Shown here piece after piece: positions 47,998 through 58,408 of a stretch of DNA of 64,000 nucleotides. The notes below the pieces were generated by a model. It was not told the origin of the DNA and searched no databases. It saw only the letters and a program-made list of their open reading frames with translations. The stretch is from a virus. Its lineage: Duplodnaviria; Caudoviricetes. The stretch lies in IMG/VR virus record IMGVR_UViG_3300025121_000013, one strand, 5' to 3'. Both the position numbers and the translations under genes were made by a program. How positions within the stretch are numbered: the first letter of the stretch is position 1; every line of letters starts with the position of its first letter.

Positions 47998-48533
47998 TTT
48001 GTTTTTTACTTTTTTTTAGTTTATCCTGTGCTTCTGCTCCCTATGAAAAACAATTAATTCCTGAACCAAACTTTCCTGAAAGTTTTAATTCTCCAGAAAT
48101 AAAAATAGATCCGAAGGAATTTTTAAAACAAATTAAAATTCCTGATATGCCCAATTTTATATTTGTTAATATTGATCAAACAGGAAAGATCATTCAAGTT
48201 CCTGATAATCAAATTGATGATGCAAAATACATTTTAATGACAGATGATGGATATAAGAAATTAGATGCTTTATTAAGCATTATTTTAAAATATGAAGAAT
48301 TGATGATAGCAAATGGAGAATTAACAAATATAAAAATTGAAAAAATTAATTTGTTAATTGATGCTTTAAAATTTGAAAGATATAAAGCTGATACATATAA
48401 AAGTTTATGGCAAAACACGGAAGAAACTTTAAGAAAAGAACAAAAATATAATAAATTAAGAGAAAGTATAGATAATGGAGTTTTTAGAGTTTTATCAGTT
48501 GGAGCGATAATCGCTTTAATAATGAGTTTATAA
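47967..48533 (+). CDS. Spanin-like lipoprotein with an additional C-terminal TM helix
   Basis: Signal MGRITKAASIICFLLFFSLS-C, Pro-rich linker, coiled coil, VFRVLSVGAIIALIMSL; overlaps the upstream gene. Confidence 0.55.
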   Translation: MGRITKAASIICFLLFFSLSCASAPYEKQLIPEPNFPESFNSPEIKIDPKEFLKQIKIPDMPNFIFVNIDQTGKIIQVPDNQIDDAKYILMTDDGYKKLDALLSIILKYEELMIANGELTNIKIEKINLLIDALKFERYKADTYKSLWQNTEETLRKEQKYNKLRESIDNGVFRVLSVGAIIALIMSL

Positions 48534-48548
48534 GGAGCCAAAAAATAT

Positions 48549-50894
48549 ATGCATCTTATTGGCCGAATCGGAATCATGCCTTCAGGAACTCCACCTGGCC
48601 CCACTTATATTTTGAATATGCCCCTTTTATTAAATTTTACGGATACGATTAGCAGTACATCTGGAACGACTTCTAGAACTGGCTCGGGCATGAATCCAAC
48701 CGGAGGTATTTTAGTTCAAGACACAGAAAATCAACCTGTTTTTAATGATGGATTAATTTATGTGCCACAAATTACAAATTATAGCATTGGAGAAACTTTA
48801 AGTAGTTCACAATATTGGAATTATATAGATGTGAGTATTGGGTCTGGAATTATCTCTTCGCCTTTATCTGGAGTCAATTCAGATTCAATTCAAGCGATAA
48901 ATGGTTTTGGTGGTTTCGGGCTTCATCTTCTTTTTGGAAAATATTCGGGAAGCAGAATCCCTGCTGTTGAAAATGATAATTTTTTAGTCATGGCGGCAAC
49001 GAAAAATGGGATATATAATGGAGCGTTAGGATTTAATTTTAGCAATAGCGGTGTCCCAGTTTCTTTACCTGTCGCTGTGGTAAATAATGGCGTAATCACT
49101 CTTGAGACAGATCTTCTTTCCGCTGGAGGAACTTTTAATTTTTCTGGCATAATTTCTTTATCAAATGGGTGGAGTATTATTTATATCTCAGGAACGGCTC
49201 CTGCCGGAATTGATGGCATGGAACCAACAATCGCCATTTTTGATGGAAATAATCCATCTGTTAATGGAACCGGAACAAATGATTTTTATGTTTTTGGACT
49301 TTTGACTTTAAAAACAGATTATCCCCTTCCTATTTTAATAAGAGATGTTATTTTACCAAAAGTTAATTTTGGAGATTATTCAGATCATACTTTAATTACA
49401 GATTTAAATTGGGTTTATGGACCGGGTTGGGAAATTATGTCATCGACATTAATTAACCCAAATGTTCCAAATATTGATCCCGGAGAAGAAATTGTAAATT
49501 ATGATTTTTCAACTTGGACAGATCCTCAATGTCCAGATGGTTGGGCTTTAGAGTTCACCCCGGATTTAAATAATTATGTTGAACAAAGTGTGAGCGGGCA
49601 TCTTCATATTGTTTCAAATGGAGATACTAGAGTTATTTTATCCAAAGGTTTAAATACGTTATTTAATTATCTTTATCATCAAATTATTTTTACGTTAGAA
49701 CCTGGTGGAGGCGGTGTCATAGATCTTATATCAATCGGAAGGGATTTTTCAGGAGGGTATCCTTATATTAATAGAGATATCTCTGCAAATTTTACAATTG
49801 CCTCTATAGGAATTGGGCAAGGAGTTTTAAATGATGCGCTATTTCTCAGAGCTGGAGAAGTACTTGATTTAGTTGTAGAATCTATTTCATCGAAGCCAGT
49901 CACTGATATTGAAAATTGTTTAGCCTGTGTCACGACACAAGACTATACCGATAGTTTTGAAATTGAGTGTGCAGTGGGAGGCCAGGGTGTTGGTGGATTA
50001 TTTATGATGGTGGACGATCCAACAAATCCTCAATATGGAGTTTTTGCCATAACTAATCGAGGAGGGGGATTTATAATCGCCTTAGTCGCTGGGGCGTACG
50101 CTCTTATCGATTCAATTTTTATTGGAGACTATGATCCTAAAACTATAAATTTCGCAATTACACAATTACCTTCTGGTGGAGGCTTACAAGTTAGAGCAAT
50201 TTTCTCTCCTACTCATTGGGTCACTGCCAATATTGACGATTCAATTTATACCTTTGGAAATAATGGATATTATGGCGTAACGACAATTACTTGTTCAAGT
50301 AATGAAATGAGTTTTTATAATTGTGATTTTCCTTTACCAGATTTTAATAGATCTGAGGATATAAATACTTTTGTCAGAACCGCAAGTTTAGATAATGCGC
50401 TTTCAGATGAAGGGACATGTGTGGCTCAGATTATCCCATGGTTTGACTCGAGTGATCAGAGTATTTGGGATGAAGCCGCTGCGACCCCTCCGGGAACAGT
50501 GATTGATTTAGTTAATTTAACCTCGACCATAGGTGGAGGCATGAGTCTATATTTTCCGGCTGGAGGTTCATCAACTGATATTGTTTTAATTTATCTTGAT
50601 TTAGGAACATTTACAGCTGCGTCAGTTTCGTGTGAATTTACACGATTTGAGACTTTTTGGATTGGAATTCAATGGAGAAATAACGGAACTGAAGTTAGAA
50701 TGTGCAGACGTTTTAATGGCGAAGATTGGGTTTATGGCGCGTGGACGGCTACTACAGGTTTTGATTTAAGCAATCCAAATATGATTATTGGCGGTTCAGG
50801 AGGGGCTTCAAAAAGACCTTTCAAAACAAAAAATTTAAAAGCTACGGATTCTGTTTTGGATGTTGCCACTATGAACTCTCAATTTGGATTCTAA
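48549..50894 (+). CDS. Large beta-rich virion or receptor-binding protein
   Basis: 781 aa, G/S/T/N-rich, acidic, lectin-like segments. Confidence 0.55.
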   Translation: MHLIGRIGIMPSGTPPGPTYILNMPLLLNFTDTISSTSGTTSRTGSGMNPTGGILVQDTENQPVFNDGLIYVPQITNYSIGETLSSSQYWNYIDVSIGSGIISSPLSGVNSDSIQAINGFGGFGLHLLFGKYSGSRIPAVENDNFLVMAATKNGIYNGALGFNFSNSGVPVSLPVAVVNNGVITLETDLLSAGGTFNFSGIISLSNGWSIIYISGTAPAGIDGMEPTIAIFDGNNPSVNGTGTNDFYVFGLLTLKTDYPLPILIRDVILPKVNFGDYSDHTLITDLNWVYGPGWEIMSSTLINPNVPNIDPGEEIVNYDFSTWTDPQCPDGWALEFTPDLNNYVEQSVSGHLHIVSNGDTRVILSKGLNTLFNYLYHQIIFTLEPGGGGVIDLISIGRDFSGGYPYINRDISANFTIASIGIGQGVLNDALFLRAGEVLDLVVESISSKPVTDIENCLACVTTQDYTDSFEIECAVGGQGVGGLFMMVDDPTNPQYGVFAITNRGGGFIIALVAGAYALIDSIFIGDYDPKTINFAITQLPSGGGLQVRAIFSPTHWVTANIDDSIYTFGNNGYYGVTTITCSSNEMSFYNCDFPLPDFNRSEDINTFVRTASLDNALSDEGTCVAQIIPWFDSSDQSIWDEAAATPPGTVIDLVNLTSTIGGGMSLYFPAGGSSTDIVLIYLDLGTFTAASVSCEFTRFETFWIGIQWRNNGTEVRMCRRFNGEDWVYGAWTATTGFDLSNPNMIIGGSGGASKRPFKTKNLKATDSVLDVATMNSQFGF

Positions 50895-51171
50895 AAAAAT
50901 GAATGAGAATATGAATAAAGCCCAAGAATTGTTTTTTGAAATGGTTGAATATTTAGTGAACAAATATAATTGTGAAATAGAAGAAATGAAATTAGATTCT
51001 TTTAATCTTCATGTTAAGATAAATGGAAATAAAAAAGATCAATCTCTTTGTTATATTGAAATAGATGTTTTATATAAATTGATTTATCAAAGAATGATGA
51101 CTGATTCTGATGATGAAAATGAATTGGATGAAAATAATACTTTTGACAATTGGAAACATTTGATTGTTTAG
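50884..51171 (+). CDS. Hypothetical acidic protein
   Basis: ORF fills the gap between two virion genes. Confidence 0.5.
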   Translation: MDSKKMNENMNKAQELFFEMVEYLVNKYNCEIEEMKLDSFNLHVKINGNKKDQSLCYIEIDVLYKLIYQRMMTDSDDENELDENNTFDNWKHLIV

Positions 51172-51183
51172 TAGGGGAATCCT

Positions 51184-51843
51184 ATGCCTATAAGCCAAAA
51201 ACAAATAAGAAATTTAGTTTTTTCATCTGTCTCTGAAGCTGAGAATAATGGAAATAATGGAGAATTTTGCGTTGTGCTTTCAACGAGAATGTTTTATAGA
51301 TATATAAAATATGGGGCGGCATATACAATTGATCATGTTGTGGTTTTAGAAACCGGCAATGGTGGAGATACAAGATGGGTTGCTGAAGCACATGGAAATT
51401 TGTACGGTTTGGATAGTGATGATCATCCACAATATTTATTGAGAACAGATAATATAAAAACCATTGGGCTGTCTTTATGTGATAAAGATACGGCGTTAAC
51501 AACGGGGCTTGAAAAGATTTGTCTTCCTATTCCCTCAGAATATGATCAATGGTATATTATCAATGTTCAATTACATGCGTCAACGGCTTCCACATCAGGA
51601 GGGGTTGAATGCAATTTAGATAAAAAAAGTATTTCAGATGATTCGACTTCTGAGATTTTAACACAGAATGTTTTTTTAGATCAAGATGAAAGGGACAGCT
51701 CTTCTGCTACGACCCAGCCAACAATTGATATTTTAAATAACCAGGTTTTTACCGGGGATGAATTATGGCCAGGAGTCATAGATGATGGGACTGGAGCAAA
51801 AGGGGTTATTATGACTATCACTTTAAGCCTCTATCAGATTTAG
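51184..51843 (+). CDS. Virion/fibre-associated protein with the MPISQKQ N-terminal module
   Basis: First ~65 aa paralogous to 53280-53789. Confidence 0.6.
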   Translation: MPISQKQIRNLVFSSVSEAENNGNNGEFCVVLSTRMFYRYIKYGAAYTIDHVVVLETGNGGDTRWVAEAHGNLYGLDSDDHPQYLLRTDNIKTIGLSLCDKDTALTTGLEKICLPIPSEYDQWYIINVQLHASTASTSGGVECNLDKKSISDDSTSEILTQNVFLDQDERDSSSATTQPTIDILNNQVFTGDELWPGVIDDGTGAKGVIMTITLSLYQI

Positions 51844-51853
51844 GAAAAAATAA

Positions 51854-52282
51854 ATGGCTGCGACTATTGAATTTTTAATTGCAAGAAGAGATGAAATTGA
51901 AGAGCATAGATGGAAACAAGGAGATATTATTGGAGCACATTTATCTCCTCATGCATGGGGAACAAAAGAACTTCTTCATTATTTGGTTGTTCCAGCAACA
52001 GGAATTTCTTTTGATAATGCAAGAAAATTAGCTGTGGAACTTTTAGAAAATGAAGATTTTTTAATTTCAAGAAGAATTGCAAAAAGAAAATATAAAATAC
52101 CATTAGAAATTATAAAAGATGGTTGGTATCCTGAAATGAGCATTCCTTTGATCTCTGATAAAACATTTGGAGATCAACCCCTTAAAGCTAATAATATTGT
52201 GATAGATTTTTCTGAACATGTATCAATTTGTTTTGACAAACAAAAAAATTCTTTTAAATATTTGACTAAAAAGGTAAAATAA
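51854..52282 (+). CDS. Hypothetical virion-cluster protein
   Basis: Tightly packed in the cluster. Confidence 0.55.
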   Translation: MAATIEFLIARRDEIEEHRWKQGDIIGAHLSPHAWGTKELLHYLVVPATGISFDNARKLAVELLENEDFLISRRIAKRKYKIPLEIIKDGWYPEMSIPLISDKTFGDQPLKANNIVIDFSEHVSICFDKQKNSFKYLTKKVK

Positions 52283-52286
52283 GAAT

Positions 52287-53240
52287 ATGGCCTCAGCCTG
52301 GATTATGCCATCAAGTTATAATATCAGTACATATGGAACTATTGGATACGATTATACTTTGCTTTCAGCGTGGGAAGGGGATACCGATATTAATCTTGTG
52401 CTTGCGGCAAAAGGAGAAGTTCTTCAATGTGCTGAAGGACTTTATGATGACAAAGTGGATATTAGTGCGGCAACTGCAAATACAAATTATTTTAGAGTTA
52501 TTATGCCAATTTCAGGACAAGAAAATGATGGAACCGCATTGACAGGCCCTAGATTTAATTGGACAACAAATGATTTATCTAACCTTTCATGGGCTTTTAC
52601 AATGACAGGGGAAAATGCTCCAGGATTTTATGGGGTGTCAATCACATCGACAAATCAAAATACTGCGGATAATATTGGAAATATTTTTATAAATGGATGT
52701 CCTAACGCAAAAGTTATTTCTTGTATAGGAAATGGCGGAACGAATATTGGTTCTGGAGCGTACTCAGGTTTACATGTTTATTCTATGGGGGGAGGAAACG
52801 CATATATTGTAAATACTATTATTTATAAAACTGAATATGGCTTTATTTGTAATCCAGTTGGGGGAACAGGGTATTTTTATAATTGTGATACTATTTCTTG
52901 TACTCAAGTTGGGTTTTATCTTGCCTCTGGAGTTGGTGTTTCAAAAAATTGTATATCTGAAAGCAATGGAACAAATTGGTTTGGGGCATGGACAAAAACT
53001 AATTTCACAGATGGCGGAGGGGTGGTTTTTCTTGATGCTTTGAATGATAATTATCATTTAGATCCCACTGACACAATTGCCAGGGGTCAAGGCTCTGATT
53101 TATCATCAGATCTTTCATATCCTTTTAATGACACAATTGAAAAAATCTTAAGAACTGCTCCTTGGGATATAGGCGCGACACAAGACGCTTCTTCCCCCCC
53201 TGTTACAGAGATAAAACAACTTTATTTTTATTTTATGTAA
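52287..53240 (+). CDS. Parallel beta-helix (pectin lyase-like) tailspike-type protein
   Basis: Repeating N..I/GF beta-helix rungs; C-terminal D.HL...D..A...G.DL....D.....R..PWDIGA. Confidence 0.65.
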   Translation: MASAWIMPSSYNISTYGTIGYDYTLLSAWEGDTDINLVLAAKGEVLQCAEGLYDDKVDISAATANTNYFRVIMPISGQENDGTALTGPRFNWTTNDLSNLSWAFTMTGENAPGFYGVSITSTNQNTADNIGNIFINGCPNAKVISCIGNGGTNIGSGAYSGLHVYSMGGGNAYIVNTIIYKTEYGFICNPVGGTGYFYNCDTISCTQVGFYLASGVGVSKNCISESNGTNWFGAWTKTNFTDGGGVVFLDALNDNYHLDPTDTIARGQGSDLSSDLSYPFNDTIEKILRTAPWDIGATQDASSPPVTEIKQLYFYFM

Positions 53241-53279
53241 AAAAATAAGATACCCTTGAGTTTTTGATAGGAATTTAAC

Positions 53280-53789
53280 ATGCCTATAAGTCAAAAACAA
53301 GTTAGAAATTTAATTTTTAATTCTATTGCACAAGCAGAAACAGAGGGAAGAAATGGAGAATATTGTGTCATATTAGAAGTCAATTCAATTTATAAATTTA
53401 TAAAATATGGATCTGAATATGTGATAGATCATTTAAGAGTTTTAGAAACGTCACAAGGAGAAGAATCTAGATGGGTTTCTTTTGCTGGAGAATATTCATA
53501 TGTGGACATAAAAAATTCTATTTTAATAAAACCATCTGATTATTTGATTAAAGAAATTGATCATACAATTTTAATTAATGGAAGTTTAAATTCTGTAAAT
53601 ATTTCTTTACCACCATCAAATGGTTTAGAAGGGAAAAAATATAATATAAAATGTATAAATGATTCTTTTCAATGTTCTGTAACCCCACATGGCCTTGAAA
53701 CTATTGATAACGAAAATTCCCCCATCACTTTAATTCAAAATGAGTCAGTCACAATTCAATCTGATAATACAAATTGGTGGATTATTTAA
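53280..53789 (+). CDS. Virion protein with the MPISQKQ module and a small C-terminal fibre domain
   Basis: Paralogous N-terminus; I.LP...G.EG..Y.IK...ETID...ESV.IQSD..NW.I. Confidence 0.65.
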   Translation: MPISQKQVRNLIFNSIAQAETEGRNGEYCVILEVNSIYKFIKYGSEYVIDHLRVLETSQGEESRWVSFAGEYSYVDIKNSILIKPSDYLIKEIDHTILINGSLNSVNISLPPSNGLEGKKYNIKCINDSFQCSVTPHGLETIDNENSPITLIQNESVTIQSDNTNWWII

Positions 53790-53837
53790 CCCAACCTTTT
53801 AATTTTTTCGAAATTTCCTTTAAAAGTTTTTTGTAGT

Positions 53838-55270
53838 TTGGAGAATATTCAAATGACAGTTTTACGGAAAATACATTTGACTGATTCTAATGAAATGAAC
53901 ATTGTTTCTAAAGAAGATATTAATGGAGATTTTAATCTTGGGGTTTCTGTAATTCAAAGTTGCCATATTGATCTAAATAATAGTTCTGAAGAAAATTTGA
54001 TAAGCAATGAAACATATATTGGATCGTCAACATGCACAGAAAATTTTACTGGAGTTCAAGTATGTTTAAAAACTGATCAAAATTGTATTGTATATTTGGA
54101 TCAATCTCATGATGGAACAAATTGGGACATAACAAATGATTTTGAATATTATTATTCAATGGGAGGAAAAGGCTGGATAATTCAATCAGTAACAATGTTT
54201 ATACGGGTTCGTGTTACAAATTTAAGTACAAATAACACAACCGTTTTTAGATTGCAAACAAGTTTTTGCCCAGTTTTATCGACTCTACCAAAAAGTCTAG
54301 ATAAAAAGGGACGTTTGAAAACCACAACAAGAATTATAGATTCAGAGAATGAAAAAGAAGTTTATATTACTTATGCCAGAGAAATGAAAACTATGCAACC
54401 AACAAGATTAATAGGAACGGCATTTCACGATAATACAAAAGATACAAATTTTTGGACAGAAACTGTGACTGGTTCTGGTTCAGCTTCTCAATCTGGAAAA
54501 ATAGTTTTAGGAACCGGGGCAACGGCAAATTCTACGGTAAAATATCAATCGAATAGAAAAGCAAGAAATATTGCCGGAACAATTAATAGTTTTAGAGGAG
54601 CGGTGTCTTTCACTTCAGACGCGACAAGTGACAATGTTAGAAGAGTTGGGTGTTTCGATTCAAATAATGGTTTTTTCTTTCAATTATCTGGAAACACTTT
54701 AAGTGTCGCAAATAGAGATTCTGGATCTGACACAATAGTTTCTTCAGGAGATTTTAATGGGACATATGGAAATGATTTTTTATGGATAATAATTATCATT
54801 GTTTAGTAATTGATTATTCCGCTATGGGGGCACAATTTTATGTCGATGAAATTTTATTACATGCAATAATCTGTGGCCTTGGCCCTTTAACAAATAGTCT
54901 CGTTTTTCCTTGCACTGTCGAAAATATAAATTCAAATGGGTATGGAGCGAATATTTTATTTACAATTCGAATGATGTCAATTAGTAGCTATGCAAAAATG
55001 TTAACCCTTCCAGTATATAAACATATTTCAACCTCGACCACAACTATTTGTAAATATGGCCCAGGCATGTTACATAAAATAGTTTTAAATAATCCGACAA
55101 ATAATTTTATTACAGTTTATGACAATACTGCGGCTTCAGGAAATATAATTGCTATTATTGATCCCGATGCCAGCGCAACACCAATTGGTTTAGAATATAA
55201 ATGTCCTTTTTTCACAGGGTTAACAATTGTGACAGAGGGAACTCCAGATTTGACTGTTATTTATGAATAA
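53838..55270 (+). CDS. Virion/lectin-like protein split into two frames (53838-54806, 54782-55270) at T-TTT-TTA
   Basis: A -1 shift at 54776-54782 fuses the two ORFs into a continuous beta-sandwich-like sequence. Confidence 0.6.
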
Positions 55271-55422
55271 TTTTTAAAAAATAAAATCTTAAAATTTTTA
55301 GTTTTAGTCTTTAACTTTTTTGGGAAAACTATTTAGATATATTTACAAAAAGTATGAACAAATTTTAAACCCCTTCTCAGGGTTGACTTTGAGCTTTTAA
55401 CCAAAAAAGTTGGAGGCTTATA

Positions 55423-56655
55423 ATGGGTAATGATTATTCAAAATTATATGATTTTGTTTTAACAAGTATTAAAGAAAATAAATCAAGACGAGAAACTTAC
55501 GAAAAAGCTGTTAATGATTATGAATACAAATCATCTTTTGAAGGCTTTAAAACTTTATGGAAAAGAGTTAATCGAAAGTTCAATAATTCAACCCCAATTA
55601 TAAAAAAATGGTTTCCCACTCCTGAAGAATTTAAAGAAAGTGTTATTCAAGATAATTCCTTTATAGATATCATTAAGAAAAAGAAAAATATAAAAATAAC
55701 AGAATTATGTGATTTGTTATATTGTCCCCCTATACGCATAATTGAATTTGTGGATTATTATAGATCAAAAGGTTATGAGATAAGTGTGTTTTCAGATTTT
55801 GTTTGTCTGAGTAAAGACGCCCCAAATTTAAATGTTTCAAAGGTTGAAAAATTAGAAGATAAAGAAATTATCTTTGGCGTTGCCTCTGATATTCACTTCG
55901 GTTCAACATCCTGCCAAATCACCGCTTTAAATGAATTCGCTGAGATATGTAAAAACAATAATGTTAAATATATGTTTTCTCCAGGAGATTTAGTTTCTGG
56001 AATTAAAATGTTTCCAGGTCATGAATATGACGTTTATGAAATGTCAGCCGAAGGCCAAGAAAATTCCGCAATTATAAATCTTCCAAAAGGTTTTATCTGG
56101 TATATTCTTGGCGGAAATCACGATTATTCTTTTATCACAAAAGGAGGCGGACATAATCCTTTGTTAAGAGTTTCATCAGAAAGAGAAGATGTAAATTATG
56201 TTGGGTATGATGAAGTCGATATTCCTATATTAAATGGTGTGGATATGAAAATGTGGCATCCTTCAGGTGGGGTTCCCTACGCTATGTCTTATAGATTACA
56301 AAAAGGAATTGAACAAGCTGCCTATAATGAATTATCTAGCATCGCTAATGGTTTGAAAAATAAACAGAGTTTGAGATTTGTTTTATGTGGTCATTTACAT
56401 ATTCAATTACAAGCAATGTTTGGCTCTATTTTTGGAGCACAATGTGGAACGTTTGAAGGAAAAACAAACTATTTAAAAAAGAAAGGTTTGACTCCAAATA
56501 TCGGCGGATATATTATCAAGGCTACATTAGATAAAAATGGAATGTTCAAAAACTTCTCAGCAAAATTTTATGTATTTCCTGAGATTGAAAATGATTGGAA
56601 AAATTATAAACATTCAGTAACAAATAATAAAATAGAAAAACCTATTTTTGGATAG
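55423..56655 (+). CDS. Calcineurin-like metallophosphoesterase with an N-terminal HTH-like region
   Basis: ASDIHFGS, PGDL..G, GGNHD, WHP.GG and GHLH. Confidence 0.85.
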   Translation: MGNDYSKLYDFVLTSIKENKSRRETYEKAVNDYEYKSSFEGFKTLWKRVNRKFNNSTPIIKKWFPTPEEFKESVIQDNSFIDIIKKKKNIKITELCDLLYCPPIRIIEFVDYYRSKGYEISVFSDFVCLSKDAPNLNVSKVEKLEDKEIIFGVASDIHFGSTSCQITALNEFAEICKNNNVKYMFSPGDLVSGIKMFPGHEYDVYEMSAEGQENSAIINLPKGFIWYILGGNHDYSFITKGGGHNPLLRVSSEREDVNYVGYDEVDIPILNGVDMKMWHPSGGVPYAMSYRLQKGIEQAAYNELSSIANGLKNKQSLRFVLCGHLHIQLQAMFGSIFGAQCGTFEGKTNYLKKKGLTPNIGGYIIKATLDKNGMFKNFSAKFYVFPEIENDWKNYKHSVTNNKIEKPIFG

Positions 56656-56661
56656 GAAAAT

Positions 56662-57410
56662 ATGATGCTAATCGAAGAAAACTTGAGAAGAAATAATTCT
56701 TTTCTGGAGTGTGATCAAAAAGATAAATGTTTCTTTTGTGATATTCCTTTAATAGAAATTTGGCAGAGAATAACTGAAGAAACAAAAGGTTCAATTTCTG
56801 GACCAATTATGTATGAATGTAAGATATGTAAGCAGAAGTATTTAACACGAACATTTTTATTGAAAGGAAAAGAAAATGTCATCATTTAAAACGGAAGATG
56901 TTGTTGTACTGGTTATCGCGACTGTATGTTTTTCCACTGAGTCGGAAAAATTTTTTAAGATTATCTCGATACCTGGAAATATTCCTCCTTATGTGAAAGA
57001 AGTTTCTGTTGATTTTATATCTGTTCCTTTAAAAGAAATATTTTTAGACATTGATGATAAACAATACAAATTTTATAAATTTTTAGGTTTAGATAAACAA
57101 AAAACTTTTTTGGAATATAAAGAATTGTTTATATCTAGAGGTTGGGTTAAAAAGAACTGAAATGAAAAAAGAACTTGATGGAAATATTGTAGATATAGAT
57201 TTAGAAAATGTGAGATGTGAATTAAAAGATTTAGGGTTTTATTCTTTTCCAAAGGAATATTTTTCATATGATAAAATCCATCTAAATTATAATTTTAAAA
57301 TCTATTTTGAAAATAATCAACTATTATTTGAAGATAAAACACCTATCCCTGAAACAGAAGAAAATTTTATAGACTTATTGTATATCAAAGAACAGATGGA
57401 AAGGCTATAA
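56662..57410 (+). CDS. Three small hypothetical ORFs (56662-56889 zinc finger, 56876-57160, 57162-57410)
   Basis: Overlapping or abutting, co-oriented ORFs. Confidence 0.55.
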
Positions 57411-57411
57411 A

Positions 57412-58278
57412 ATGGATTTTAAAATTGTTATAGAAACTGATTCTCATTTTGAGAATATCTCTAATATATTAATCAATAATTTTAAAAGATTGAATTGTAA
57501 GGTTGAAGAAATAAAATATATTCCTTTTTCTTTGAAAGATAGCTATAATAATCTTTTTACTGGAGAATATATGTTTCCCTTAGGATCCATCAATATGATG
57601 AGATCATTACAGAGATGTGAAAAGAAAGAAAATTTGATTGATTTTTGTGGATGGCCTTTATTCTCTTTTACAAATTGTTTTATGAGTTATTCTCAAACTA
57701 CAAAAAATGAAAAACATTTTTTTAATTACCCTTTTATGGTTAGAGAATATTCTTTTTTAGAAAATGAAAATAGTATTATTTTTGGAGAGTATAAAGATAA
57801 TGGACATATTTTTATAAGGCCAGATAGTTCTGATAAATGTTTTGCAGGAAAGATATTTGATTTAAATTCTAGAGATTATAAAGAGGCTTTACAAAAAGCT
57901 ACAGATTGGTCATGTGAAGATGTTGAATATATTATCATTTCAAAACCAAAATATATTATGCAAGAATGCAGATTTATTATTTATAATAAAAATGTTATAA
58001 CCAGTTCAATATATAAAAACAATGGAAAAAATGTTAGTTATCCTGAAGAACAAACTCCTCAAGAAGCGGTAGAAAAAGCAAGGTATTTTTCAAATTATTA
58101 TTCTCCATATCCTTTATTCGTTTTAGATTTAGCTTGTGATGAAAATAATGTTTGGAAAATATTAGAGATTGGAAGCATTCATGTTTGTGGTTTATATAAT
58201 TGTAATCTTAAAAAAGTATGTGAAAGTATTTCAGATTATATGAAGAATTTAAAAGGAAAGGGGGTGACGTTTAACTAG
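57412..58278 (+). CDS. ATP-grasp domain protein (DUF4343-like)
   Basis: FIRPD...K.F.G, IS.P..I..E.RF.I....V...S.Y, FVLDLA and ILEI.....GLY. Confidence 0.75.
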   Translation: MDFKIVIETDSHFENISNILINNFKRLNCKVEEIKYIPFSLKDSYNNLFTGEYMFPLGSINMMRSLQRCEKKENLIDFCGWPLFSFTNCFMSYSQTTKNEKHFFNYPFMVREYSFLENENSIIFGEYKDNGHIFIRPDSSDKCFAGKIFDLNSRDYKEALQKATDWSCEDVEYIIISKPKYIMQECRFIIYNKNVITSSIYKNNGKNVSYPEEQTPQEAVEKARYFSNYYSPYPLFVLDLACDENNVWKILEIGSIHVCGLYNCNLKKVCESISDYMKNLKGKGVTFN

Positions 58279-58408
58279 GAGGAAAATAAATGCTTTTTAG
58301 ATTAATTATAAAAATGTGGGATATCTGGAATAATTTTAAATGGCTATTAGATGGTGAAGCCCCTAGAACTCCAAACTGGATCTTTAATTTAAAGAAAAAG
58401 GTTAAAAA

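Noticed and set aside
55374-55383. TTCTCAGGGT decamer shared with the hairpin at 34662
   Set aside because: Only two copies in different structural contexts; compatible with chance.
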